From a virus (Duplodnaviria; Caudoviricetes), in the IMG/VR virus record IMGVR_UViG_3300037634_003492, positions 1 to 29,763 of that record: 29,763 bases of DNA. One strand, written 5' to 3'. Positions 17,010 to 26,535 of this stretch are shown in pieces (the stretch's first letter is position 1; every line of letters begins with the position of its first letter). Below the pieces are notes generated by a model that was not told where the DNA came from, searched no databases, and saw only the letters and a list, made by a program, of their open reading frames with translations. A program made the translations under genes and the position numbers.

Positions 17010-18875
17010 ATGACTAAATCACTTTCAACCAACACTTCAGAACAAACTATTGCTCAAGTTCAACATTATCGAGATAAACAATTAGCTATTGTATTGGGGT
17101 ACACTAACCAAGAAGATATTATAGAAAATAGTGTCGATAGTTATGCAGATTCCCTTGCGAATTCATCTGTTGCATGCAGAATATTGAATAGTGAAATAAA
17201 AACTTGTATAGACCATGAAACTCTTTGGGGTAGTAATAAGCATTGGACATATGGCTGCGGGGCGGGAAAATGGAATTCTTCGGGAATTTCTAATCGGCAA
17301 ACTATGTTTGAAGTTGATGGTATTTTGTATATGGTGGTGGGATTTTCAGCCAATAATAATAGAATAGATTTAGAAAAAGATATTATATCGCGAGATGTAT
17401 TCACAAATTCATCTGGACTGATATCTTCTACGGATGATGGACTCGAATATGTTGCAATTAATGCACTTCCAACAACATCATTTGATACGTTGAGTAGTAA
17501 ATATACTTGGGTTTCTTTACCCCAAGAAGCACTTGTTAATATATTAAATAGTTCTACTTCGCTGTCAACGAGGGCAAGCAATATTTGTGGAAGTGGAAAT
17601 GAAACAACGATTGGTTCTTGTGGATTATATCATAAGGAAGCAGGATATGATGCTGTTGCAGGAGTGTCGTATGATGGGGGTGATATTTACAAATGTGATT
17701 GTACAGAATGTTATAGATGTTTAGAACTTGCTGATGCACTTGATATGAATTATACTTTTCAGCACCTTGGTGGATCAACTAAAATCGAATGTGATTATGA
17801 ATGTGGTAAGGGGGACCATGGAATATGTGATGGTTCAATTGATTGGGACGATAAGAGTTTCTATTCTCAAGTCATATCTAACGCTCATATTAATAAAGCA
17901 TCTTCAGCCAAATTAAATGCTACAATAATTGAAAATAATGAAAGTGAGTCTGGGGCAATAGTTTCGATTGATGTAGACTTTACTGGATTGTCGCCTGAGG
18001 CAAAATTATTAGAACGTGCTTTCGAACCAGATGCTGAAAAAGGAGAACTATATGTTCCGTGTGTTGGTTCTTGTGAAGAAGAAGGATTGGTTGGAATATC
18101 TGTTAAAAAGGATGCTATTTCTAAACGATGGGTGATGGATGGAATAAAAATACCCACAAAAAGAGGTAAAAACCATACATCAATTGCAGTTGATCCAGAT
18201 CGGTGGAGTGCAATGTTTCCGCTTATTGATGTATCTCGCTTGACAATAAATATTGTTCCTGTGGGAGGGTGGGCAATGAATATTCCTCGATTTGTCCCAT
18301 TATCTTGTGTAATTCATAAGGTAATTAAATCTGAAGAGATTGCGAATGTAACCGATGCTAAAGAATTTAATTTCTATACGATATCTACATTAAAAGACGA
18401 AAATGGTGCATCCCTATATTCTGGGCATGGTGAAGAACAAGCAGACGTGAAGAATCTTGTTTCTAGTTTTATTGCAACTGGTTCACCTGGTTTTGTAGAA
18501 AGTGCCATGCCTTCCGCAAAGTCCACGATTCAAAATACCAATACATTTGATAATACTTATATTGAAGAAGTAATATCTTCCGATTCGGTAGATTTAAAAA
18601 CTGCTAATACTGCAAGAATACATATACAAACGGCATTTCCTGATGAGAGAGTGGGCGATGTTTTTAGTGGGGGAGAGATTCGGACAGAATGGACTATTAA
18701 TTCTATAGATTCTAGACCATACGGATCAACATTGGTGCCTTATGATGCATTAAATTCAGAAGAGATACATAGAAATAAAACAACAATCAACTTAGATAAC
18801 AACCCAGACAATGTGAAATCGTTCGCATTTGAATTGAAAATTGGGTCAGGATGTCGAAGTATATCAGGAGAATAA
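17010..18875 (+). CDS. Divergent gp8-position baseplate wedge protein with a Cys-rich insert
   Basis: Position after gp7 and before the DUF4815-like gene. Weak gp8-like motifs (DDGLEY, GAIVSI, I.PVGG). Cys cluster KCDCTECYRCLE. Confidence 0.55.
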   Translation: MTKSLSTNTSEQTIAQVQHYRDKQLAIVLGYTNQEDIIENSVDSYADSLANSSVACRILNSEIKTCIDHETLWGSNKHWTYGCGAGKWNSSGISNRQTMFEVDGILYMVVGFSANNNRIDLEKDIISRDVFTNSSGLISSTDDGLEYVAINALPTTSFDTLSSKYTWVSLPQEALVNILNSSTSLSTRASNICGSGNETTIGSCGLYHKEAGYDAVAGVSYDGGDIYKCDCTECYRCLELADALDMNYTFQHLGGSTKIECDYECGKGDHGICDGSIDWDDKSFYSQVISNAHINKASSAKLNATIIENNESESGAIVSIDVDFTGLSPEAKLLERAFEPDAEKGELYVPCVGSCEEEGLVGISVKKDAISKRWVMDGIKIPTKRGKNHTSIAVDPDRWSAMFPLIDVSRLTINIVPVGGWAMNIPRFVPLSCVIHKVIKSEEIANVTDAKEFNFYTISTLKDENGASLYSGHGEEQADVKNLVSSFIATGSPGFVESAMPSAKSTIQNTNTFDNTYIEEVISSDSVDLKTANTARIHIQTAFPDERVGDVFSGGEIRTEWTINSIDSRPYGSTLVPYDALNSEEIHRNKTTINLDNNPDNVKSFAFELKIGSGCRSISGE

Positions 18876-18879
18876 TTAG

Positions 18880-19890
18880 ATGTCAGAAAAAGCAACACAA
18901 CCATTATATTCGGGTGGTAATCCATCATTTCCTTTAAGTAGCAGTCCATATTATAGCAGAACGGAAGATAAAAATGTTCGATTTCTTTCAGAAGACGAAT
19001 TATCTAACAGGAAAAACTATCAATTCGTTGCTTTCCGTCCTGGATTTTCTTTACAAGCATCTGAACTTAATGAAATGCAAGAAAATATGCAGATGCAGAT
19101 GTCGCTTTCCATTACTATGATGCATAATTGGATTACTTCTGGTTCTGGATATTTGTGGAGTGGATGGGATGTAGATTCTCCAGTCGGAGAAGGTGATAAG
19201 TGGAATGGGGACACCAGTGACTTACCTCCAAATACAGGAATTGGTGTTGGTGGTGATTTAACAAGCGCAGGCTCACCATTTCATGATCAAAATTGGGTAG
19301 TTTCGGGACCAGGATGGAAAGGTGCAACACCTCTTTATCCATTCAAATCACCTTATCAGGGAGATGGTGGAAAAAAATTAGTAGAAGTGATCAAGTTTAC
19401 AGATACAGAAGCGACAATAAAATTCAATCCGGGGTGGTATTTAGTGGAAGCAAGAGCTTGGTGGAATGGAACACTTTCAGAGCAACCACCACATGTAAGT
19501 GGTCTCAAACACTGGGTATATTTGGACGATAATACAATTGGTGATGGTGGTGAGATAAGTGTCGGATACTCGACAGAGACCAAAAGTATTGTTGTTGGAT
19601 TAGTAGTCGATTCCGAGTTTATGGAATGTTGCTCTGGTGTTGATGGGTGTGATGATACTTTAGCAGATAATGCTAGTGGATTCCCAAATTCAGCGTCATG
19701 TGGTGCGAGTAGATATCGTCTTAGCATAACAGAAGCCACGCACGTCTTTTGTCAGGACGATAATTGGGGAGATGAAGATAATGAAAGTTCGGACTTTGCC
19801 GATAGGGAAAGAATGAATCCAGTTTGTGTGATTCGTCCAGATGATAATACTATCAGGTATATTAACAATTTAGTTATAAAAACAAAATAA
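18880..19890 (+). CDS. Structural protein with a DUF4815-like N-terminus (short)
   Basis: SPYYSR...KNYQFVAFRPGFSLQASELNEMQ resembles the conserved N-terminal PY.DD....FRPG..VQARELT.LQ motif. DNASG.PN....GA.RYRLS resembles the family's DNA.G..N..APGA.R.K motif. Confidence 0.7.
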   Translation: MSEKATQPLYSGGNPSFPLSSSPYYSRTEDKNVRFLSEDELSNRKNYQFVAFRPGFSLQASELNEMQENMQMQMSLSITMMHNWITSGSGYLWSGWDVDSPVGEGDKWNGDTSDLPPNTGIGVGGDLTSAGSPFHDQNWVVSGPGWKGATPLYPFKSPYQGDGGKKLVEVIKFTDTEATIKFNPGWYLVEARAWWNGTLSEQPPHVSGLKHWVYLDDNTIGDGGEISVGYSTETKSIVVGLVVDSEFMECCSGVDGCDDTLADNASGFPNSASCGASRYRLSITEATHVFCQDDNWGDEDNESSDFADRERMNPVCVIRPDDNTIRYINNLVIKTK

Positions 19891-19895
19891 TAAAG

Positions 19896-19903
19896 TATAA
19901 ATA
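19896..19903 (+). promoter_or_regulatory. T4-type late promoter box TATAAATA
   Basis: Exact intergenic box 16 nt before the ATG at 19920. Confidence 0.7.
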
Positions 19904-19919
19904 AAAAGAGAACTAATAT

Positions 19920-22133
19920 ATGGCAAGTGTAGACACAAATTCATTCGATATTTCTTATTTGACGGGTAATGACACCTTTTTAGATTGGGTCAATCATTAC
20001 AATACTTATTCTATTGAAAAACTTAATAATCTTCGGATATATACAGGATTTTCTGGTGATGGTATTAATGTAATTACAGGATCCACAGGATCTATGCAAG
20101 TTAATTTGGCGGATATAATTCCTATTGGTATAACCTTTAGTGAAGATGTGTCTATACTTGGTGACTTGACTTATGATTGGGACTCGGTATCTTTGGGAGG
20201 AATCAAGCAAAGGGTATTTCCGCAAGGTGGATATACTGGTATATCTGGAGGATTTACATTTGGTCAAGTAGTCAGAATTGGTGCTTCTGGTGGCGATACT
20301 GAATACTTTTTAGCTCGTTCCGATGATAAAGATTTAGCAGAAGCAATCGGAATTGTTTCTGATAGGGTTTTGGGATCTACCGGACCTTATTCTGTAAATG
20401 ATACTTATCTAGAAATTACAACACATGGTGTGGTTGAAGGAGATTTTAGAAATGCAACGGTTGATGGCAGAGGATTAACTTACGGTTGTGTATATTTTCT
20501 GAGTCCGGGTATTAGTGGTGGTTTAACAAATGTTGAACCGAGTATTTCTGGACAAGTAAGTAAACCAATATTGGTTGGTATTACCGCCGATAAAGCAATG
20601 GTATTAAACTATCGAGGTCAATATCTTCAAGGTTCTGGTACTGGTGGAACGGGTGGTATAGACAACAATAAAAAGATTATATCGTTGGATGGTTCTGGTT
20701 CTGGATTGACTGCGGGTTATTGTATTGGTTGGAGCGCATTACGTGACTGGCACGTTGTTACATCTAATGATGCTGAGAATATACTAGTGGGACTTTGTAC
20801 GACTACCGAGTTTGAACTGGATTCAAATTACTACGCTGAAATTACTACATCTGGATTTATCGATGATATGCCGGGTGTTACGGAACAGGGAAAACAATAT
20901 GTTGGTGCAGATGGACTTCCATCCACCACCATGTACGATGATGCACCTTCAATTGGGTTTGCGTGGGCTGACGGTGGTGGTGGATTTCAAGGATTGGTCG
21001 GGATCGATGGTGGTGGTGGAAGCATGTTCGGAGGTCGTTCTGTTCTTGCAGATGGAGTAACATACGGAACTGCCATTAATGATAATTTATTAATTAATGG
21101 TGCATTCGATATATGGCAAAGAAGTATAGGGGTCGATTCTGTATATGGATCGACAGGTAGCACACACTTTGCAGACAGATGGGTTCGGGTAGATGGTACG
21201 ACTGGTTCATCTTATGGAACACACTCTATACAAAGAAACACATTTGCTCCGAACCAAACTGAAGTGTTTGGTAATCCGAAATATTATGCAACATTACAAA
21301 ACACAATGTCGGGTGGTACTACTGCCGAATATATTCATATAGAGAATAGAATCGAAGATGTTAGAACTCTCCGAAATGAAGAAGCAACATTATCATTCTG
21401 GGCAAGAGCAGGTTCTGGTGGTATGACGATGGACATTGCAGTAACGCAGTATTCTGGAGAGCCGCCAGTGCCATCTATTGTTCGATCATCAACAACATAT
21501 CCAGCTTCTTTTGGTTTGGGAACTCTTTGGGCTTTTTATGAAGCTGTGATTGATGTTCCAGCCTTTACAGATACACCTACAGATGGGAATTATCTTGGTG
21601 TCGGATTCAGAACAGAAAATATTACATCAACATATGATATAGCTAAAGTAAAATTAGAACGAGGGGATATATCTACTATAAATGTAGATTCTAATGAAAC
21701 GGAAGAATTAAATAAATGTAAAAGATATTATCAACGAACATATGACATTGATGAAAGTACACATTCAATCACGATGTTAGATAATAATACACCAAGTATT
21801 AGTTCTATGGATTTTGTAATAACACCAGACAAAGATGTGTATCATAAGTTTGATGTTCCTATGAGAGAAACACCGACATTAACATTGTATTCACCTTCGA
21901 CTGGATATACTGGGGACGGATTCAACAGAACAGCAAATAAAGATTTACGAAATACTTCTGGTACATATGGATGGAATAGTATGCCACGAATAGCACCAGC
22001 AGGAAGTTCTACAATTGGTGTGGATTATTCAAATTCATATGGTGTTTATATTACTGTACCGGCAGGAACAGTAGTATTTGATAATGTTTCGGTACATTAT
22101 GTCGCAGACGCAGACTTAAACTTAAATATGTAA
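19920..22133 (+). CDS. Putative tail fibre/virion structural protein with a C-terminal carbohydrate-binding-like domain
   Basis: N-terminal DTFLDWV..YN motif. The C-terminal NLLINGAFDIWQR...ADRW...RIEDVRTL...TLSFWAR...VKLERG...EELNKCKRYYQ domain is common in phage fibre proteins. Confidence 0.7.
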   Translation: MASVDTNSFDISYLTGNDTFLDWVNHYNTYSIEKLNNLRIYTGFSGDGINVITGSTGSMQVNLADIIPIGITFSEDVSILGDLTYDWDSVSLGGIKQRVFPQGGYTGISGGFTFGQVVRIGASGGDTEYFLARSDDKDLAEAIGIVSDRVLGSTGPYSVNDTYLEITTHGVVEGDFRNATVDGRGLTYGCVYFLSPGISGGLTNVEPSISGQVSKPILVGITADKAMVLNYRGQYLQGSGTGGTGGIDNNKKIISLDGSGSGLTAGYCIGWSALRDWHVVTSNDAENILVGLCTTTEFELDSNYYAEITTSGFIDDMPGVTEQGKQYVGADGLPSTTMYDDAPSIGFAWADGGGGFQGLVGIDGGGGSMFGGRSVLADGVTYGTAINDNLLINGAFDIWQRSIGVDSVYGSTGSTHFADRWVRVDGTTGSSYGTHSIQRNTFAPNQTEVFGNPKYYATLQNTMSGGTTAEYIHIENRIEDVRTLRNEEATLSFWARAGSGGMTMDIAVTQYSGEPPVPSIVRSSTTYPASFGLGTLWAFYEAVIDVPAFTDTPTDGNYLGVGFRTENITSTYDIAKVKLERGDISTINVDSNETEELNKCKRYYQRTYDIDESTHSITMLDNNTPSISSMDFVITPDKDVYHKFDVPMRETPTLTLYSPSTGYTGDGFNRTANKDLRNTSGTYGWNSMPRIAPAGSSTIGVDYSNSYGVYITVPAGTVVFDNVSVHYVADADLNLNM

Positions 22134-22143
22134 GGAATAATAT

Positions 22144-23475
22144 ATGTCGAGTTGTAGTAATAGTTCAAATCTTTTAGGAAATGTAAACATTTCTGATATT
22201 TCTAATAGTGGTGCAAGACTTTTAATGACACACCCTATATCTGGATTTTCTGGTGGTATTTCGGTCGCCATTGGTGAGGACGGAGTAACTGCCGGTGATG
22301 TTATCAGGTATGATGTAATTCCTGGTTCTCCAAGTGAAAATAAATATACAAAAGCACAAGCAGATGTTGCCCAACATGCAGAAATGGTGGGCGTAATTGA
22401 AAATATTTCTGGTAATTCACCCAATGAAGTTGTAAGTGTGGTATTGTCTGGACAAATTCAATTTCCAGCATCAAGATTTGTCGATGCCGACCATGTTGCA
22501 ACACCTACTGTTGCGGGTGCTTCTGGTGGTAATGATGTTTACTTTTTAAGTGAAGCAACAGCAGGTGTATTGCAAAACCTTGCTCCAAACGAAGTAGGAA
22601 CAATTGCAAAGCCTATACTTCAGGTGATGAGTGATAATGGTATTTTTAATGCACAAGTTGTAAATTATATTGGATATCAAATAGGTGGTTCTATAACCGT
22701 CGAAGATAAGAATGATGATAGGACTGGAACAGTTGCCGATGTTGTAGATTTCGCTAATAAAGGAACTAAATTGGTATTTCCTTTTGATTCTCAATGGTTT
22801 CCATTGCACAAAGAGGACCAATGGTTGGCATTAGATAAATCGGCAAAAGAATTCACTCAATGGACTTATAACGATGCGTGTGAGAATATATTCGCTAATG
22901 GAAAGTTTGGATTGAAAGTTCGTCTTGAATTTACAACAACTCCACCTTCTAATTGGCCTGGAACTAAATTAACCCAAAAGGATGCGGATGGTAGAATACT
23001 TTCGACATGGATAGTTGACACGGTGGATAGACCCAACAATACAGCAATAATTTTTGGAGTAAATGTAGACCAATCTACAAATCTTGCAATTGATGTAGAT
23101 ACGACAAAGAAAATATATTCAGGATTATCAGCATATACTTTAAATGGTACTAATAGTGTCACTAGATTATCTTTTCGATTGCCTGTAGAAACTTCAACGG
23201 CACGAACCACCTTTAAAGATATGAACGGAAATCTTACATCTTATCCTAAAGTTACATCTATGTTTATAGGCCCCGACGGTGGACTTAGAGGAGCAAGTAT
23301 TGCACAAGATGTTACTGTGAAAAACTTGACAGCGACAGATAAAATAACAATAACATCATATGAGAATGATATAACTGCAACGGATGTTGCATACATATTA
23401 AAGCAAATGAATGATGAGATTGAAGAACTAAAGGGTAAGCTTAATTTAGTAAAAACACAAGTTGATATAGCATAA
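22144..23475 (+). CDS. Putative virion structural/fibre-associated protein sharing a domain with the upstream gene; C-terminal coiled coil
   Basis: AQAD...AEMVGVIE...V.LSG...VYFLSE..AG.L.N.AP...G.IAKPIL parallels ARSD...AEAIGIVS...I.THG...VYFLSP..SG.LTNVEP...G.VSKPIL in 19920..22133. Ends with LKQMNDEIEELKGKLN. Confidence 0.6.
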   Translation: MSSCSNSSNLLGNVNISDISNSGARLLMTHPISGFSGGISVAIGEDGVTAGDVIRYDVIPGSPSENKYTKAQADVAQHAEMVGVIENISGNSPNEVVSVVLSGQIQFPASRFVDADHVATPTVAGASGGNDVYFLSEATAGVLQNLAPNEVGTIAKPILQVMSDNGIFNAQVVNYIGYQIGGSITVEDKNDDRTGTVADVVDFANKGTKLVFPFDSQWFPLHKEDQWLALDKSAKEFTQWTYNDACENIFANGKFGLKVRLEFTTTPPSNWPGTKLTQKDADGRILSTWIVDTVDRPNNTAIIFGVNVDQSTNLAIDVDTTKKIYSGLSAYTLNGTNSVTRLSFRLPVETSTARTTFKDMNGNLTSYPKVTSMFIGPDGGLRGASIAQDVTVKNLTATDKITITSYENDITATDVAYILKQMNDEIEELKGKLNLVKTQVDIA

Positions 23476-23488
23476 GGTAAAGGTTTTT

Positions 23489-26400
23489 ATGGTTGTAGTC
23501 GGTAGTAGTTATTTTAGATCAATTGGAGCAGGTGAAGTAACTGGACCAACTGGACCAACTGGACCAACTGGACCAACTGGACCAACTGGTCACGAACCAA
23601 TAGGTAATATTGGAAATACGGGCGGGGATTTAACATCAATGTCAATAACTGGTGGGGTTATGCACACCGAGTTTATTTGGCATGATGGTACAACAAGTGG
23701 TGTAACTGCGTCATCAATCCAAGGACCAACGGGTAATACATGGACTTTAATAGATGGTGGAAATACTGGAACTACTTGGGGTGGGGAAACTGTATTTAAA
23801 GAAAGTAGTTCTGATAATAATTCTATTATAGTCAGGTCTATAGGAGTTACTGGAGATGCAACTTCTATATCTCAAGATGGGTGGGATATAATTCTTCATT
23901 ATGATAGGGGGAAATTCGGATATGTTAATACTGAATCTGGTAATGTTCCTGAACTGATTGGTACAGATGCTTCTGGTAATCTTAGAGGAATAACACATGC
24001 TTCATTTATAAGTAATGGTATAGATGTACAATTAAGAGATTATAAAGAAAAATCTAAATATTTAGTCCTTGGTACAGATTTTGAAAATGTAGCTGATTCT
24101 GGTAACATTCCATCATACAAAGTTACCATAGACACTAATGATGCAAAAGTATTTGAATTAGATATGAGACAAGATGGTATGGGTGTCCTATCGGATGGAA
24201 ATACTGGACCAATAGGAAGTATAATAATTGGAAACCCAGAATTTGGATATACGGGTAATGTTGTATCACCGTGGGCTAATGAAGACGAGACCCAGGATCC
24301 GGCCCATTACGGGGTCAGTACATCATTCACTCTTATTGTTCATGGTGCAACCTATGGTAATTATTCTAACAACCAATTTGAAAATACTATATGGCCTTTT
24401 GATAGACAACCATGTTTTAGTGGTGGGACAGATATATTTAATTTCTTTTGGCTGCCATGTACGTATGGAAAGGGATGTACGGGCAATATGTCGTGGCACG
24501 GAAATATAGTACAATGGAAATCACCAGATATAGTAATTGAAGAAGGTACAGAAAATAATCCATTTTTCTGTGAAGATAATGCATTACCTCTGGGTGCCCC
24601 ATTATATTATCCAGAAGGACAAGTTAATTTTCCTGCAATAACGGGCACAACTGGTGCTTGCTGTAGAGGAAATGGAGAATGTGTTCATTCTACAAATGAA
24701 TTTTGTTCTGGTTATTTTCAGGGTGCAGGAACGACTTGTGGGGCAACAAGTGGAAGTACTGGAAGTATTTGCTTTAATGTGGGTGCATGTTGTGTTTATT
24801 ATGAAAATACTAAAGAAATTGAATGTTTTAATGATTTAAATGCGGATGAATGTATAAATTTAGGAAATCTTTTAAATATAAGTACGACATACGGTGGAAA
24901 TGAAACCAATTGTAGTGATATGGATTGTGAGGGAGCGGTCGGGAAGATTGGTGCATGTTGTAATGGTCGAGGTGAATGCAAACAAGTAACCGAATCTGAT
25001 TGTAATGCGTTAGGAAATTTCTTCCAAGGAGTTGGGTCGGTTTGCGTCACGAATGATAAAATTGAAGTGTGTAGTGGAGGAACTGGAGCTTGTTGTCGTG
25101 CTTCTGGAACGTGTGAAAATGATATTTATGGTGCAACTTGTATTTCTGACGGAGATTCTTATACAGGACATTCTACGATTTGTGAAGATATAGATTGCGA
25201 TACAGATCAACATAGTAGATGTTCTAATTTGGTTGCAGGACTTGATTTGCGACCCGGTGATTTATATGCGGGAGGAATTGTTGTAGGAATGTATAGACCT
25301 ATGGGTTCACAACTTTTTGGTACTTCTAGTTTTGGTCTTAATAAAGATGCAACATGGAATGATTTGATGATAGGTTCAACTGGTTCGTTACTTGATACTA
25401 AAGGTCTTACTTGTGATACATATCGTTCCAAATATGATTATCATGGTTATGGTTTTACATCAGATAAAGGATGTCAAGAATATTATAAATTATCTCTATT
25501 TGATGAAGATTTATCGAGACCTGATGCATATTATATGATTCTTTCTTTATCTCCGATTGCAATAACAGGAGACAGAGATGTAGTAAATGTTTTAGATTAT
25601 CCCGGTGCGACTCAAGAATTTTATTGGGGCAATCAAGGAAGTTCATGGGGACCCATTTACAACAGAGAAACAGAATTGTATGATGATTTATCAGACAAAT
25701 ATAAAACGAATGTATTTAAACTCAATGAGGGTTATTGGTATAACGGAAACATCGGTGAACAATCATTAAACATTCTAGGAAATAATACATTTACTTCTTG
25801 CAGAAAAGCAAGAAGATTGGGTAACGGTCATATAGAAAAACTTATAACAAAACCATTACAAACTGCACATGGAATGTGGCATAGAAATTGGGGATTATAT
25901 AATAATGTTAGAATAATTAGTGCAGACAATGCATTATCACAAAACTACAATGATTCAGATGGTGCATATACTTCTTCACAATTTGGACCTGGACTAACAG
26001 GAGAATATATTTCTGCTATTCGTGCAACTCGATTGCTTAATGATATGTTGTCTAGCGACGGAACGGAAGTTGATGGGAATATTCCAGAAGTAAGTTCTTG
26101 GTATTTACCAAGTCAAGATGAGATATCATTTATTGCCGCAAATTGTATAAACGATTCTCCTTATGGTGTGAATTTAAATGCAGAAATTTTAAATCAAGGT
26201 GGTGTTCCTTTAAATGGTTGGCATTGGACTTCTACTGGAGCATTTAACGAACTTAAAGGATATAGTGGTGAAGGAACAATTAATACAACAGGAATGACTG
26301 CTGATCCTGGTTCACTTGCATGGGCAATGAAATTTGATATTAATGGAAATCCCAATAAATTTTTAACAGGTAAAAAGAATAGAAATCAAAATACATATAA

Positions 26401-26521
26401 GGTACGACCAATTAGATTAATTCGTTGCGATGGTCAATATGCAACTGGTGGTGAAGGAAATGAAAATCTCTGGCAACTTCCAAAAGTTTTAAGAGATTCG
26501 GATAAAGATATTAATCAATAA
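23489..26521 (+). CDS. Fibre/adhesin-like protein: GSS start, collagen-like GPT repeat, four GACC modules, C-terminal DUF1566 (Lcl-C/CLec-fold)-like domain
   Basis: (TGP)5; GACCRG, GACCVY, GACCNG, GACCRA modules; PGDLYAGGIVVG ... WYLPSQDE ... WHWTST ... AWAM.F ... K...VRPIR. Confidence 0.75.
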   Translation: MVVVGSSYFRSIGAGEVTGPTGPTGPTGPTGPTGHEPIGNIGNTGGDLTSMSITGGVMHTEFIWHDGTTSGVTASSIQGPTGNTWTLIDGGNTGTTWGGETVFKESSSDNNSIIVRSIGVTGDATSISQDGWDIILHYDRGKFGYVNTESGNVPELIGTDASGNLRGITHASFISNGIDVQLRDYKEKSKYLVLGTDFENVADSGNIPSYKVTIDTNDAKVFELDMRQDGMGVLSDGNTGPIGSIIIGNPEFGYTGNVVSPWANEDETQDPAHYGVSTSFTLIVHGATYGNYSNNQFENTIWPFDRQPCFSGGTDIFNFFWLPCTYGKGCTGNMSWHGNIVQWKSPDIVIEEGTENNPFFCEDNALPLGAPLYYPEGQVNFPAITGTTGACCRGNGECVHSTNEFCSGYFQGAGTTCGATSGSTGSICFNVGACCVYYENTKEIECFNDLNADECINLGNLLNISTTYGGNETNCSDMDCEGAVGKIGACCNGRGECKQVTESDCNALGNFFQGVGSVCVTNDKIEVCSGGTGACCRASGTCENDIYGATCISDGDSYTGHSTICEDIDCDTDQHSRCSNLVAGLDLRPGDLYAGGIVVGMYRPMGSQLFGTSSFGLNKDATWNDLMIGSTGSLLDTKGLTCDTYRSKYDYHGYGFTSDKGCQEYYKLSLFDEDLSRPDAYYMILSLSPIAITGDRDVVNVLDYPGATQEFYWGNQGSSWGPIYNRETELYDDLSDKYKTNVFKLNEGYWYNGNIGEQSLNILGNNTFTSCRKARRLGNGHIEKLITKPLQTAHGMWHRNWGLYNNVRIISADNALSQNYNDSDGAYTSSQFGPGLTGEYISAIRATRLLNDMLSSDGTEVDGNIPEVSSWYLPSQDEISFIAANCINDSPYGVNLNAEILNQGGVPLNGWHWTSTGAFNELKGYSGEGTINTTGMTADPGSLAWAMKFDINGNPNKFLTGKKNRNQNTYKVRPIRLIRCDGQYATGGEGNENLWQLPKVLRDSDKDINQ
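23540..23589 (+). repeat. Perfect 9-bp tandem repeat (ACTGGACCA) x5.5 encoding collagen-like TGP
   Basis: Read directly from the sequence; no synonymous variation between copies. Confidence 0.95.
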
Positions 26522-26535
26522 TCACAGGAATTATT

